DNA of 64,000 bases from Heteronotia binoei. Its lineage: Eukaryota. The stretch covers positions 62,496,001 through 62,560,000 of the forward strand of contig NC_083232.1 in NCBI RefSeq assembly GCF_032191835.1. The letters run 5' to 3'. The notes under the pieces are model-generated. The model was not told the origin of the DNA. It was given only the letters and a program-made list of their open reading frames with translations, and made no database searches. Positions 1-12,750 of this stretch are shown here, piece by piece; the first letter of the stretch is position 1; every line of letters starts with the position of its first letter. The position numbers and the translations under genes are program-made.

Positions 1-181
1 GGTCCTTTGTACTAAACATCTCAAATTAATTATTGTGTGGTCCTGATAAATGAATTGAGGATTAAGTAGAGGAAGAGGCTTGATTTGTAACTGAGTTGCT
101 ATTGTTGTTACCTGTGAGTCTGATTAATCAAAGTGAGGTGATATTTTCTCTCTGCTGACTCTCAGCCTTTGTCTTGGAGAT

Positions 182-283
182 GGCATCCAAACTCATCAGC
201 TGCATGTGGAGAACTGGGAAATCAAACCCAGTTTTCCCAGATTAGATCCCACACACCTAACCACTACACCAAACTTGCTCTCT
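182..283 (-). mobile_element. 5' fragment of MIR/Ther1-derived SINE (Squam3-like)
   Basis: Reverse complement of the SINE head at 49677 (ccactacaccaaact; gggaaatcaaacccagttttcccagat). Confidence 0.65.
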
Positions 284-391
284 AAAGCCTAAGCTGAAGA
301 AGCAGAAGGTGGGAGTTATGAAGAAAGCAAATTTCTTTCCTGATTCCCATTCAAGACCTTGCTGCTGAGCTGATTTCTTCTGGTGTGCTCC

Positions 392-437
<46 letters not shown>
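392..437. repeat. (TAA)n microsatellite forming the 3' tail of the adjacent L2 LINE
   Basis: Pure taa run directly abutting the L2 3' UTR motif (cccgccctcccc...ggctcagggcggctcacaaca). Confidence 0.95.
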
Positions 438-1977
438 CTTTTATTTCTATCCCGCCCTCCCCGCCGGAGCAGGCTCAGGGCGGCTCACAACATAAAATAC
501 ACAGTACATCATTTATACTTATAAAAACATGGTTAAAACAAATTATAGATTAATTAAAATTAACATTAACAGTATGGCGTTATAAACATTAGATCTCAAT
601 GGAATTCAGTAAATAAAAGGCATTTTCAGCAGTATTCCTAGCTTTATCACTAGTTGAAGGCCATCTTGAAGAGGGGAGTCTTACAGGCCCTACGGAATTG
701 ATCTAAGCATCGTAGGGCCCTCACCTCCTCAGGGAGTTGATTCCACAGTAGTGGAGCTGCGGCAGAGAAGGCCCGATCCCAGGTGGCCTTCAGTCTGGCC
801 TCCCTTGGCCCAGGGACATTCAGCTGGTTTTTCCCAGATGACCTCAGTGCTCTCTGGGGCTCATATGGGGAGAGATGGTCCCTCAGGTAGGTAGGTCCTC
901 GGCCATATAGGGCTTTAAAGGTAATAACCAGCACTTTGTAGCGAACTCGGTATGCCACTGGCAGCCAGTGCAGCTCGCGCAGCCCTGGCTGTATGTGCTC
1001 CCACCTTGGGAGCCCCAGCAACAGCCTAGCCGCTGCATTCTGCACCAGCTGCAGCCACCGAGTTCGGCACAAGGGCAGCCCCATGTAGAGGGCGTTGCAG
1101 TAGTCCAGTCTCGAGGTGACCGTAGCATGGATCACCATTGCTAGGTCACGGCGCTCCAGGAAGGGGGCCAACTGCTTCGCCCGTCGAAGATGAAAGAACG
1201 CGGACTTGGCAGCGGCCGCTATCTGTGCCTCCATTGATAATGAAGGCTCCAGAAGAACCCCCAGGCTCTTGACCTTATGTGCCGCTTTCACCGTCAAGGA
1301 CCGGCAAGGGGATTTCCCTTCCCAGGGCACCGCGACCCAAGCAAAGGACCTCTGTCTTCGTTGGATTCAACTTCAGCCCGCTCAGTCTGAGCCAACCTGC
1401 CATGGCTTGCAATGCTAGGTCCAGGCTTTCTGGGACGGAGTCAGGCCGGCCATCCATTAGTAGATAGAGCTGGGTGTCATCAGCATATTGATGGCACCCA
1501 AGCCCAAACCTCCGGGCAATCTGGGCAAGGGGGCGCATGTAGATGTTAAACAACATCGGGGAGAGAACTGCCCCTTGTGGCACCCCACACACTAGTGGGC
1601 GCCTCCGGGACCGCTCTCCCCCAATGGCCACCCTTTGTCCCCGTCCATCGAGGAAGGAGGAAAGCCACTGTAAGGCCAGTCCCCCAATCCCCGCGTCGGC
1701 GAGCCGGCGGGCCAGTAGCTGATGATCGACCGTATCAAATGCGGCCAAGAGATCCAACAATATCAGCACCGCCACGCCGCCTCGGTCCAGATGCCGCTGG
1801 AGGTCATCCACCAAGGCGACCAACACTGTCTCCGTCCCATAACCCGGACGAAAGCCGGACTGGTGAGGGTCTAAAGCGGAAGTGTCATCCAAAAAACTCT
1901 GCAACTGTGATGCCACTGCCCTCTCTATAACCTTACCTAAAAATGGTAGGTTCGAGACCGGTCGATAATTTGCCAAT
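392..1977 (-). mobile_element. 5'-truncated L2-clade LINE (RT domain, C-terminus, 3' UTR), frameshifted
   Basis: ORFs 1275..2228 and 650..1330 give NYRPVSNLPFLGKVIE, GVPQGAVLSP, YADDTQLY and TSRLDYCNALY...LQLVQNAAARLL...LHWLPV, typical of L2 ORF2. There is a frame break near 1290-1330, then the 3' UTR and (TAA)n tail. Confidence 0.9.
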
Positions 1978-4900
1978 TTGATAAAATCACTTTCTTGGGA
2001 GGATGGATAATGGCCCCCAGACCATATCTTTTTAGTGTGAATTTTAGTTAGAGGCAACAAATTAACAGAGAACCTTCCCATGTTACCCCCTCTGCCTGGC
2101 CTCTGAGTTTGGTGACATGTGAGGGGGGCTGAGTAGCAGCCCTCCAAAGCAGGTGCCCCCAGGAAAGTGCCCTCTGGAGAAATCACAGCTACAGGTTCAA
2201 AGGAGAATGGTGAATGTCCCCCCTGCAAGTTAGAGGCATTAAGCTTGCCCTCTGCTTAACTGCTGCATGTGAGCTGGGGGTCTGTATCCCTGTTGCTTTG
2301 ACAATTAATTGATCAGTGCCTGTGTGTCTGCCTCATAAACTGCTGACACAAACTGTACAAACCTCTGTTAAAAACATGGTTGTTCATGGGAGGTGCGTGA
2401 GAGATGTGATTGTATGAACCTTGGCTCACAAACCACGAACTGGGTGATTTTTATAATGAACCTAAGTTTGTGACAAGGTTCATGCCCATCCCGAGTTATG
2501 AGTATAATATAAATTATGGCAGCTGTTTCAGGTGCTCATTTGGGAGAAATAAATATATGAAGAGTGTGTGTGTGTGTGAGTGTGTTGAATAAATCTTGGA
2601 GCTTTTACTGCTATATTGATGTCTTTCGTCTTCAGATCAGTCGTGATTCCAGAACTCCAGGCTCCACCTTGAATTTGGTGACTCTAATCATGCAGAACAG
2701 AGCCAGCAATCTTTGGTCTGGACAAAACAATATGTCATCATACAGTCTCCCATTCCTATTTCTACATAAATGAGCTACCTGTGTGCCTTTGCAAGCTAGC
2801 TTAACAAACGGCTGTATGGAACAAAATACTTATGCAATGAAATAGCTACTTGGATAGGAAGTAATGTTCTGGGGCAACCAAAAGCACTAATTTCAACATA
2901 CAAGACCACTAGGAATGACTTTTAGTGGTACTGCCTGCTTAGCTTCCAACTACTGAGTTTCTTTTGCAACAGAAACTTTTCCATTAGGCATTGGTCTCTG
3001 AAAGCAGTTTTTCGCATACCTGCCTGTCAAAAACATTTAGCCATAAAATAAAAATAAAAAAGGAAAGAGTTCAACAGAGTGTACAGTATCTTTAATTCAA
3101 CATCTCTTTTGCCACCTCTCATTCACTCCCTAAATAATTATTTTTAAAAGCTATAATAATGTAAGGTCACTTGCTTGAGCTTTTTCAGTGGAAACAGAAG
3201 GCAAGCCTTTTCCTTGGCATTCAGAGGTCTCTCATTCACCTTTTAAATGTATTTTGACAGTTTGCCAGGTGGGTTGCCCTTCACCTCAATGCAGTATATC
3301 ACCTGCCTTTTGTTGTAATAAAAACAGACAATGTGCTGCAGTATAAATCCAAAGGAAATATTTCAAATAGTCCCTAATTTGGAATTACTTTGCTTAGAAG
3401 GAACCTGAATATAGAACTGTATTGATCTGCTAGCTGAAGTGGTTCTTTGTATAATACACAGTATTGCTAAAACTGGTATGTTTGAGCAAAGGCCAATCAA
3501 TAATTTGGAAGGATGCTTCTTAATAACAATTAATTGACTGATGATACTATAGAGGTCAATTTTTTTTTTTTAAAAAGTATTATCTAACAGATTTGATGTC
3601 AAATATTACATTTCCAGGCTACAAACTGAAAAGACAAGTCTTAAGGAAACCCATCTGGAGCATACAGACTGAAACTGGAATTTTGCTGCTTCTTGATATA
3701 ATATCATAGCATATTTATTAAGGTCAGGATTCAAAGAGAAATTAAACAAATTATCTGGAGCGCAAGAAACATCCTGCCGCTGCCTTGAGAACAAATCTTT
3801 AGGCTACATGACAAATGGCTTTTGAAACTGAGAGGAGTTCGTGAGATGATGTGTGTCAGGCTGTTTATTAAGAAAAGTCCAGAACTATGCCGAGTGATTT
3901 GAATTTCCTTGCCAAACCTGACTTACTTAAAGTTCCCTGCAGAAGCCCAAACTGCTCTATGAACGTTGGCCCACAGGAGCAAGCCAGATGATTGAGGAGA
4001 ACCAGCTTAGTAAAAGCACAAACTATCTCACCCTGTTATACAAATGATCACATGCCCCACAGACATACAGCCCCAGGTTCAGACATTGGCACCCAAGTGG
4101 ACAGGAAGTGAAAATTATAAAACAAGTGATATGCTAAGAAAGGACGCCAGAGATGTATGAGCTATTGTATTAACACTCCTTGAGCAGCGTGAATGTACTG
4201 CTAATGGCGGTCAATTACTATGCAAATACCCTGTAATTGTGCTTGTTAAAAGCTGAGCATAGTATGCTGACATTTTAAAAAAAGAAGAAATGAAAAATGA
4301 CTAGTACATGATGCAGGTTAATTGTTAAGAAAGAATATCAGAATTCTCTTGTCCTTTACAGTCCTCATAATGATGCAAACAGAAAAGAACAAATTTACAT
4401 CTTTAAAACTAGCATGCAAAAAGTCTTGGATTTCTATAATTATGCTTTTGCTGTCTAAGATTAATCAGGCAAGTTAATGATGCAAAAAATTACATTTATA
4501 ATCCAGTCTACATACAGCTGTACTGCAAGCTAAAAACTAAGTGCTATTAACATAAATGGAATTAATGGGCTGTCCCTGGCAATCTTCATATCTATCACTT
4601 ACTAATTAATATTATTCTGTAAAAAATAATTGGAGGTGAGAAAAACATACAAAAGCAACAAGACTAAACTTGCATCAGACATCGCTGGACCTGCAAATGA
4701 TAGGAAAGGGTTTGCTGGGCTTCTACTTCATAAGAAATTGCCAAGTAGCACTGAAATCAGCAAAAATCTTTTATGCAAGTAATTCATTATGGCAGCCAAG
4801 TTATTATCTCCCTCAAGAATGAACTTTTGTGAGAAATGTCAACTTCAGCTAATAACTGAAGGACTGAGTAAGAGAAGCTATAAAATGTGATAGTTAAATT

Positions 4901-5004
4901 ACAAGAGAAAAATGGATGCCGTGTGTTATCTTTTTAGACAGTTCAACATATTTATGATCAAATTCCTTGTATATATTATAAACGTTCCTACCAATGAATA
5001 GATT

Positions 5005-5150
5005 AGGGGAGGATGGGCTATGGATAAGTGGCAGAACATCTGCTTTGCATACAGAAGGTCCTGAACTCAATCCTGGAATCACTAGTTAAAAGAATCCCAG
5101 AGAACCTGCAGTGGCGCTGCTAGTCAGAACAGACAATATCAACTTTGGCT
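5005..5150 (+). mobile_element. Degenerate tRNA-derived SINE (Squam2-like)
   Basis: Similar to the 35066 copy (agaacatctgctttgcatacagaaggtcc...gctgctagtcagaacagacaat). Confidence 0.55.
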
Positions 5151-6998
5151 GACTTGGTCCCTGGTGCACCTGGGCACAATAGGTTCCCAACATGGTGTCT
5201 GACTACTGTAAAAGGAACAAATACTAGGGATGCCAGTATCCAGGTGATTTCACGGGTTATAGCCTGCTGTCATATTGCAGATGGGCAGCAGGGGAGGCCC
5301 TGCCCCCAAGTATGACCATGAGGTTGATACTCCCTTCATCCCCTGCTGCAAGGAAAAAAGAAAAGAGCAGGTGCTGCGCTTGCCTGCCCTGCAAGCAGCA
5401 AAGTGCTGGGCAGGTGCATGCGGTGACACTCTTGCAAAGTGGGGGCCACTGGCTCCTGCCCTGTAAGAGCTTGCAAGAGTTTGCCTCTTGTAGGTCAGGT
5501 CAGGTACACATGGCACTTGGTCTTTCCAAGTGGGGGCCACCAACTTTTGCCCTGCAGGGCTGGCACACATGGCCCTCACCTTTTTTCCAACCATTTAAAG
5601 TACAGGCTCTCTTTAAACTGTTGGGAAAAAGCTGGGGGGGGGGTGTACGCTGTGTCCAGGACATAATGATGCCACTCTGTATGACATCATCACATTGGGG
5701 ATGACATCCCCCTCCTGGAATACCCCCCAAATCCCCCTGCTAGGGAGAAGATTGGACTTTCCTTCCTTCCTTTGGTATTATATACACTTTTAATTGCGTC
5801 TCAAATATTTTCTTTTTTGTTTTGAAGGCATGAAACATTTGTTTTGATACTAAGAGAGAATTAGTTGATTTCTCACATTTCTCCAACAGAGCAAGGAAAG
5901 CCACTGATATTCAAACAGATCTTGATCTCAGTTCTTGGATTCTCACTTCAGCTCTGTTTTTCTGGAGCTAATCCTTCTGAACCATCCTGCCCTTCAGCAT
6001 ATGCCGGAGGAGCACCTCAATCTCACTGGCTGTTCTGATGCACTTGATCCAGCTGTGTTTATGTTTCCAATTAACATTTGATGGTTGGTATTCATTTCCC
6101 AGGGCTTTGTTGTGGATCTGCTGATGACTCCATGGTAGCTCTTGTCCTGGAAATCTCTGGCAGGCATCTGCAGGGTCTAGTGAGATTTGGGTGGCAGGAA
6201 GCTGTTCCCCTGTCACAGGAACAGTGGAAGTGATCCCACGGTGGAAGAGCATGAAGGTGGCCCCTTGTTTCATCTGTAGGAGAAATCTTGAGATACTGCC
6301 TCCCCCAGGTCCCATCAGGGTTCCGACCATTGCTTCTCCCACCTTCAAGCAAAGATGGTGCTCAAAACCCAAAGGGTTTCCTTCTCCTGTCAGGCTGTGT
6401 ATACATACACACACACACACACTTAAAAAACAACCTTAAAAACATAGAAAGAAAAAAAACAAAAAAACCCATAGAAAAGGATTGAGGTGATGCTTCAGGC
6501 TATAATGCTAACTCCTGTTCAAGTCAGTGCTATGTATTAACTTTTAGGCAGGCAGGCAAGTTTGAAATTATGCTAGTGTCTACTTACACTTATTTAACCT
6601 TTAGAATAAAAATGTATCACTCTTCAATAATGACATCATCCTTAATCATATATAGATAGAGTTGGTCATACCTGAAAATGTGGTTTTTTTAAGTGGCCAT
6701 ACCTATCTCCCATAAACATATTCAACACTGCCCTACAGACTCTGCAGTACTGTCTTGAGTTATACTGTATATCCAGAGAAATTTGAATCAACAGCCCTAT
6801 GTTCTCAGAGTTACAATTTTGAATTGCAATCCAAATCACACTGAAAAAGTCTCTTGTGATTTCCTCAGAGAGGCATGGGGATCAAATACCCACCCAAGCA
6901 ACTAAATGCGCACAAAATAGCTTGCATGTATGTTAAGAAACCCACCAATTTTTGTCAAAGTGTTCCTATAAACAGAACCACCTGTTGTTGCTATAAGC

Positions 6999-7117
6999 CA
7001 GGGGTAGCCAACGGTAGCTCTCCAGATGTTTTTTGCCTACAACTCCCATCATGCTGGCTGGGGCTGATGGGAGTTGTAGACAAAAAAAATCTGGAGAGCT
7101 ACAGTTGGCCACCCCTG
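6999..7117. mobile_element. Palindromic hAT MITE (119 bp)
   Basis: TIRs caggggtagccaac / gttggccacccctg; perfect 8-bp TSD ctataagc (6991-6998, 7118-7125); internal fold-back symmetry. Confidence 0.92.
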
Positions 7118-7268
7118 CTATAAGCTGTTTCCATGTTTAGCAGAATACATACTAGAATAGGCACCATACAGTAGTGCCTTGAAGGTAGCAATTCTAGATT
7201 CAATACCTAGTACTTCCAGTTAAGAGGACTTCTGTCTGAAACCATGGAAAGACACTGCCAGAGTAGAT

Positions 7269-7362
7269 CCAGGTGGGTAGAAGTATTCTTGCATATGAAA
7301 GCTCATACCTTGAATAAAACTTTGTTGGTCTTAAAGGTGCTGCTGGACTCTAACATTATTCT
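7269..7362. mobile_element. Short Penelope-like retroelement terminal fragment inserted in a SINE remnant
   Basis: gaaagctcataccttgaataaaactttgttggtcttaaaggtgc motif, also at ~31770 and 42690-42740; 15-bp TSD actgccagagtagat (7254-7268, 7363-7377). The Penelope assignment is recalled from similar reptile pseudo-LTR motifs. Confidence 0.6.
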
Positions 7363-8074
7363 ACTGCCAGAGTAGATAATTTTAGGCTAGATAAATTAAT
7401 TTCCTGTTTTGCAATGCAATCCTCTACAAATTCTGATTCAGGTGATTTCCACTGATTTCCATAAGATTATATTGGAATATCTCTGGATTACACTGTTGGT
7501 AAGGGATGTTCATAGAGTCAGATCCTATTTAAAAAAAATCCTCTCATGCAATTCCCCCTCCTGGTTGCAACCTTCCAACTTTCTCCTTCTGTTGATCCCA
7601 GAGATTCCTCATCCCCCAGGAGTAGTATTTCAGGTGTTATTTTGTACTGGGGGAGGGAGGCAGGGAAGTCATGTTTTCATGCATGGCATTTAGAGGGGAT
7701 TCAACCCATACAGTGGAGAAGACAGTGATGATTTCAAGGCTATTTGTGGCTTTATTAAACAGTAACATAATAAAGCATCGCTAGGTTAGATTACTGCAAT
7801 ACAGTCTGTGTGGAGTTGCCCTTGAACAAAAACTTCAACTGGCATAGAAAACTGCAGCCAGGATGTTGACTGGAGTTGGCTATAGGGACCGTATCACACA
7901 AGTCTTGGCCTATCTGCACTGGCTCCCAGTATGTTTCCAGGCTCAATTCAGGTGTTGGTGTTGACCTCTAAAACCCTACATGGCTCAGAACCAGACCTTG
8001 CTTTGGATGCCCCTGACTGCTGGGGTTAGGTGGATGGCAACCCAAAAGATGGCCTTCTCAGTCATGGCACCAAA

Positions 8075-8714
8075 CAGGGTTGCCAAGTCCAATTCAAGAA
8101 ATATCTGGGGACTTCGGGGGTGGAGCCAGGAGACATTGGGGTGGAGCCAGGAACAAGGGTGTGACAAGCATAATTGAACTCCAAGGGAGTTCTGGCCATC
8201 ACACTTAAAGGGACAGCACACCTTTTAAAATGTCTTCCTTCCATAGGAAATAATGAAGGATAGGGGCACCTTCTTTTGGGGCTCATAGAATTGGACCCCC
8301 TGGTCCAATCATTTTGAAACTTGGGGGTTACTTTGGGGAGAGGCACTAGATACTACACTGAAAATTTGGTACCTCTACCTCAAAAAACAACTCCCCCGGA
8401 GCCCCCGAAACCTCCAGATCAATTCCCCATTATACCCTATGAGAATCAATCTCCACATGGGGAATAATGAAGTGCTCAGCAGATGTTTCCCTCCCCCCCC
8501 AGTTTCTGGCAATTCTGAAGCGAGGGACTGGCCTCTTTACTCACGAGTTGCTACCAACTTCTTCAAGGTAACACAGATACACCATCCCAAGAGGAAGCCT
8601 TTCAATCGGAGACTGAAGCCTCCGGAGGTAGAAACGCACATGGTCCTCTGGGGGCGGGAAGCAGCCTGGGAAAGCAGAAGAACCCGCGCTGGGACCTGGG
8701 GATTGGCAAGCCTA
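8075..8714. mobile_element. Non-autonomous hAT element, TAGGGTTGCCAA-type TIR (640 bp)
   Basis: cagggttgccaa / ttggcaagccta termini; perfect 8-bp TSD gcaccaaa (8067-8074, 8715-8722); near-identical to 41908-42563. Confidence 0.92.
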
Positions 8715-10887
8715 GCACCAAAACACTGAAACTCTACCCCCAGAGACACTGGCTTCTTTTGTTGTCTTCCACCAGTGGGTGAAGGGTTTTTTTTCACCAT
8801 CTTGTGTTCCTTGAGTTCTTCTTCCTTCTTTGTTTTTAATTGCTGTTTTTTTGTTTGAGCTATACATTTTTGTTTGATTTTAATGGTTTTTAATAATTTG
8901 TTGTGTATTTTAAAAATCTGTTAGCTGGCTTGGTGGCTCTGATGAGGGTGGTAAGGCAGGCTATAAAATTGGTAAATAATAAATAGACTATGGTTTATTA
9001 TGCATTTATCCTAGTCTGTCTTGTAGTAGAGGGCAATTATGCTTTAATATAACTGTTCATTATTTTCATCATTTCATGTTTGTACACTGAAACAAATATT
9101 CTTTCTTTCTTTATATTATATCCTACCTTTCTCACTGAGACTCAAAGCAGATATGATATAAACAATATGATCAGACAACTTGAGATAGTCACTAAATGTA
9201 ATAGGACTAGGAATACAAAAATTGAAAAAACAGTGCAAAAGATAGACGTATCAGATGTGATATATCATGAACAGTGCAGAAACTGGAATTTAAAAGGTAG
9301 AAGATAATTCAGTAAAGAGGAGAATAAACATATAGTGAACACTGGAGTAGACAACAGTAATGTTCCTTTTATAGAGAAGTGTCCTCTGGAAGCATTCCAT
9401 TATACTATAGCCCTATTCCCTTTATTTAAAAAGACCTCCTGAACAATTGTGTATTAATTAAAAGATCACAGCTCTAGTTGGTTTATTTGTTTTGAAACGT
9501 TTATTTTCTTTTTGGCTATATTATTAAGTGTGTTGGTTGTATGTAGGAGTGTGCATTCAGATCTATCCAAGCCAAAAATATTTTGGCTTCCCAAATGTAT
9601 CTGGGTTTTCTCAGGAAAACTGAAAAAAAAAACCCTCAAGAAAATATTGGATATATTTGGGGTAGATCTGAAAAAAGCAGAGAGGCAGTTCTCTCAGCTG
9701 TTTGTCAGGCAGGTTTATGGGCTGATTACAGACAAGCACTTTGGGTCGACTCAGAGATGCCTCAGAAGTTGACCCAAAAAATCCGTACAGACGGCAACAT
9801 CTGCTGGCTGTCCTCCTCCCATCCTCACCCAGCTCTCCAAGTTCCTGAGACCGGCTCAAAAAGCTACCACTTTCAAAGTATCATTCAAAGTGGTAACAAA
9901 TCTTTGAGCTGGCCGTCAGTCGCCTCCTCGCTGTTTGGATGGGGAAGGGAGCAAGTGAGGTGACTTGGCGGTGTGGACCTTCAATAAAGCATTCAGAGCA
10001 CTGGAGCACTTGTGTGCATAAGCGCTTACCCCCCGAGGGGAAAAAAAAGCAATCTGTCTTCTGGGTCACCTTCCCATGCGGAGGTGCCCAGCCGCCTCAC
10101 AGACGGAATGCGGGCCGCATGCGGGTGAGCGTGTGAAGGCTCCGGGATGGCTCTTTTTGACACATCTCAACATCTCTTTTTCCAAACATCTCAACAAGAT
10201 GGCAGTGGTCTGCAGTATGAATATTGCATTAAGAGCAGAAAAAAGGAATGGCCCTTCTCAGTGAATCCAAGCATCATCAAGCTATAGAAAGTGTTATCCA
10301 AATGTTTCCAAAAGGTTCTACCTCTGGTTTTGTAGCAGTAGCAGCAGTTGTTTCAACTGTGTGTCATGTCTCTTAGTGCTCATTCGGACCCTCTTGCACA
10401 GTGCAAACTTTTCCAAACTGGGTTTCTGCCAAGTTAATTGAAGCACGCAACAAGCATATGTTCTGCTCAAGTAACTGTGTGAAGTTCAAAGTATCATATC
10501 TAAACAGTCTGTAATCTTCCATGCCTTCAAGGCACCATAGTCCTGGAAATGACTCCTTAATTTCAAGCCAACATAAAACTTTAATTTATTGAAAAGTGCT
10601 GCTGCTTTTTGATGGGAAGGCAATTTCAATGCACTCACTGGAGAATTATGTCAAGGCTTAATTAAAAGCAGCAATTCACATATGAACTTCATCCATCCCT
10701 ACTTAAATTTGTCCTGAGTTTCAGATACAAAGATGAGAAGAATGGCTACATTGGATTTATATTGAAAAGGTGTCTTTTAGCACTGAGATTTTACTTGCAA
10801 GGAAGCTTGGCTGGATAACTGTCCAGCCTATCCTCCACTCTCACTTCTCTGCTATCGTTAGAGGCCTCCACCTTGGGTAGTAAGTAC

Positions 10888-11085
10888 CATGACTTTTTTG
10901 TACAAAAAGCCCAGTAGGAACTCATTTGCATATTAAATCACACCCCCTGACATCACCATTGTTCCACACAGGACATTTTTGTAGGAAAAGCCCAGCATGA
11001 ACTCATTTCCATATTAGGCCATACCCCTGGACACCAGGCCAGCTGGAATTGAGTTCCTGAGCATTTCTGCTAAAAAAAGCGCCTT
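10888..11085. mobile_element. hAT MITE, CAGGGCTTTTTT-TIR family, with internal tandem module
   Basis: Degenerate TIRs; TSD gtaagtac/ggaagtac (7/8); aggaactcatttgcatatt module. Confidence 0.75.
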
Positions 11086-12391
11086 GGAAGTACTCTATGA
11101 ATTCACATATTTGGGGAATTTATTATTGTATTTAGGGAATGTGTAAACTATAAACTTTAAGTGTGAGTTGAGGTCAAAGAGACTGGAAGAAAGAAAAAGG
11201 GTGACTATAAGCAAATGTAAATAAATGTACTCAAGATTCATAGCCCTTGGGGATGAGAACTAAAGGTTTAAGCCAAAGGAAGAAACAAGTTCTGAGAAAG
11301 GAATATACGATTAACCAGAAGATGTTAGGATTAGGGGATTTTCTTGGACCCTGGGCACCAAAGTGAACAATGAATGAGGGCAAAATTAAGTCCATGCTTC
11401 TGTCTCCACCTCTGAGAAATGTGGTGCCACTGTAGTACTGCCACTGCCCAAGGGAAGTATAAAAGAGTTCAGGAGAAAGGTGGATTAGGAAGCCTTTTTT
11501 TTTTTTTTAGCAGCCCTTTCTGTTTAGGGTCTACCTGCTTTGAGGATGGTGTGTCTTAAGGCTTCTGAAAACCTCTCATCAACCTGCCCTCTCTTTCTCC
11601 AAATTCTCAGGAGACTGAGGGTTGAGAACCCCACAAACCTATAAGGATACTGTCTCTTCAACCTTCCTGGATCTTTGGATCGATAACAACACATCAATTT
11701 CTTGCTAGGAAACTGAGGTAAAATTAGAAAAGCAGGTTGACGTTTAATGGTTTAATGTTTAAATTTAGATCGGCTGACATACATTAAGCTTGCTCTCATG
11801 CTTGCAACCTTTTCTTTCATGTACATTTACAATGCCTAGTAGCTTATGGTTCATGGCTCCACTACCTAACATGTCCTCTACTGGGGACTGGTTTAGAACC
11901 ACACTACAGACCAGTGGCGTAGCTAGGGCTTTGGGGGCCCGGGGCCCAAGATTTATGTGGGCCCCCCTATGTGTGTGCACGCCACCAGAAACAGGATATG
12001 ATGTCACTTCCGGTGATGTCACTTCCGCAGGATGGCCACCACTTGCGAAGGGCCTCCAAACCGGGGGATCTCCTGCCCCCACCTGGGGATTGGCAACCCT
12101 ATTTGGAAGACCCCACTGAAGCCCCCCCCTTTCCCAAACCCTCCAAAATCTCCCGACCTGGGCCAGTGGGGCGAACTGAGCTAGCCGGCCACTAGTTGAC
12201 CCTGGGCACTGGCATGGCCACGCGAGGCCGGCTAAACGAGGGCATCGCTATGAACAAATAACGGGGGGGACAGCGGGATGCAGCCAGCCCCGCTGCCGCT
12301 TCACTGCACCCAACTCTCACGCCGCCCGGCTCGGCGGAGCCGCTGATCTTGCGATATGCCGCAATATTCTCGGCCCGACTGGCTGGCTGAC

Positions 12392-12466
12392 CTTGCCGGA
12401 GGTGCCGTCGCCCAAAACCACGAACTTGAGCTGCCGGTCGGAGCACTCCTCCTCAGAGTCCGACAT
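12392..12466 (-). pseudogene. RAB28: Captured copy of RAB28 coding exon 1 ([25 protein letters not shown]) with intact GT donor; not the resident RAB28 gene
   Basis: Closely matches the recalled human RAB28 N-terminus ([25 protein letters not shown]). It is 75 nt followed by AAG|GTCAGC, lies inside a TIR/TSD-bounded element, and no RAB28 exon 2 was seen in 1-11900. Confidence 0.85.
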
Positions 12467-12750
12467 CGCCCGGCGGCCAGAAGGAGTCCCGCGCTCATTC
12501 ACTCCTCCTCACGGCGGCAACGGAAACAAAGTCGCCGCCGCCATCTTGCTTCCCCTTCGACCGCTCGCTATGGCAGCCGCTGGACGAGACCATGAGGCAG
12601 AACGGGGGGGGGGGAGACAGAAAAGGAAGGTGCCCAAGCCGACTCGGGGAGGGGGGAGCTGTACTGAGCGGACCAGGAACGGGCGGTGTAGCCGGTGAAA
12701 GAGTGAAATAGCGCAGCGGAGAAAAAGCGGGAATGAGATTCGGCTCCTTC
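12467..12750 (-). promoter_or_regulatory. Captured RAB28 5' UTR and CpG-island core promoter
   Basis: CpG-dense; canonical YY1 site AAGATGGCGGC on the minus strand at 12537-12547; GC-box-like runs upstream. Confidence 0.65.

Noticed and set aside
10370-10545. Minus-strand open frame LWCLEGMEDYRLFRYD...PNEH* after an AG
   Set aside because: No recognisable homology to RAB28, ZNF385D or any protein I know; its length is compatible with chance.
12317-12502. Resident RAB28 gene starting here
   Set aside because: The exon is enclosed by hAT TIRs and a TSD, no further RAB28 exons were found, and it sits downstream of a ZNF385D exon.
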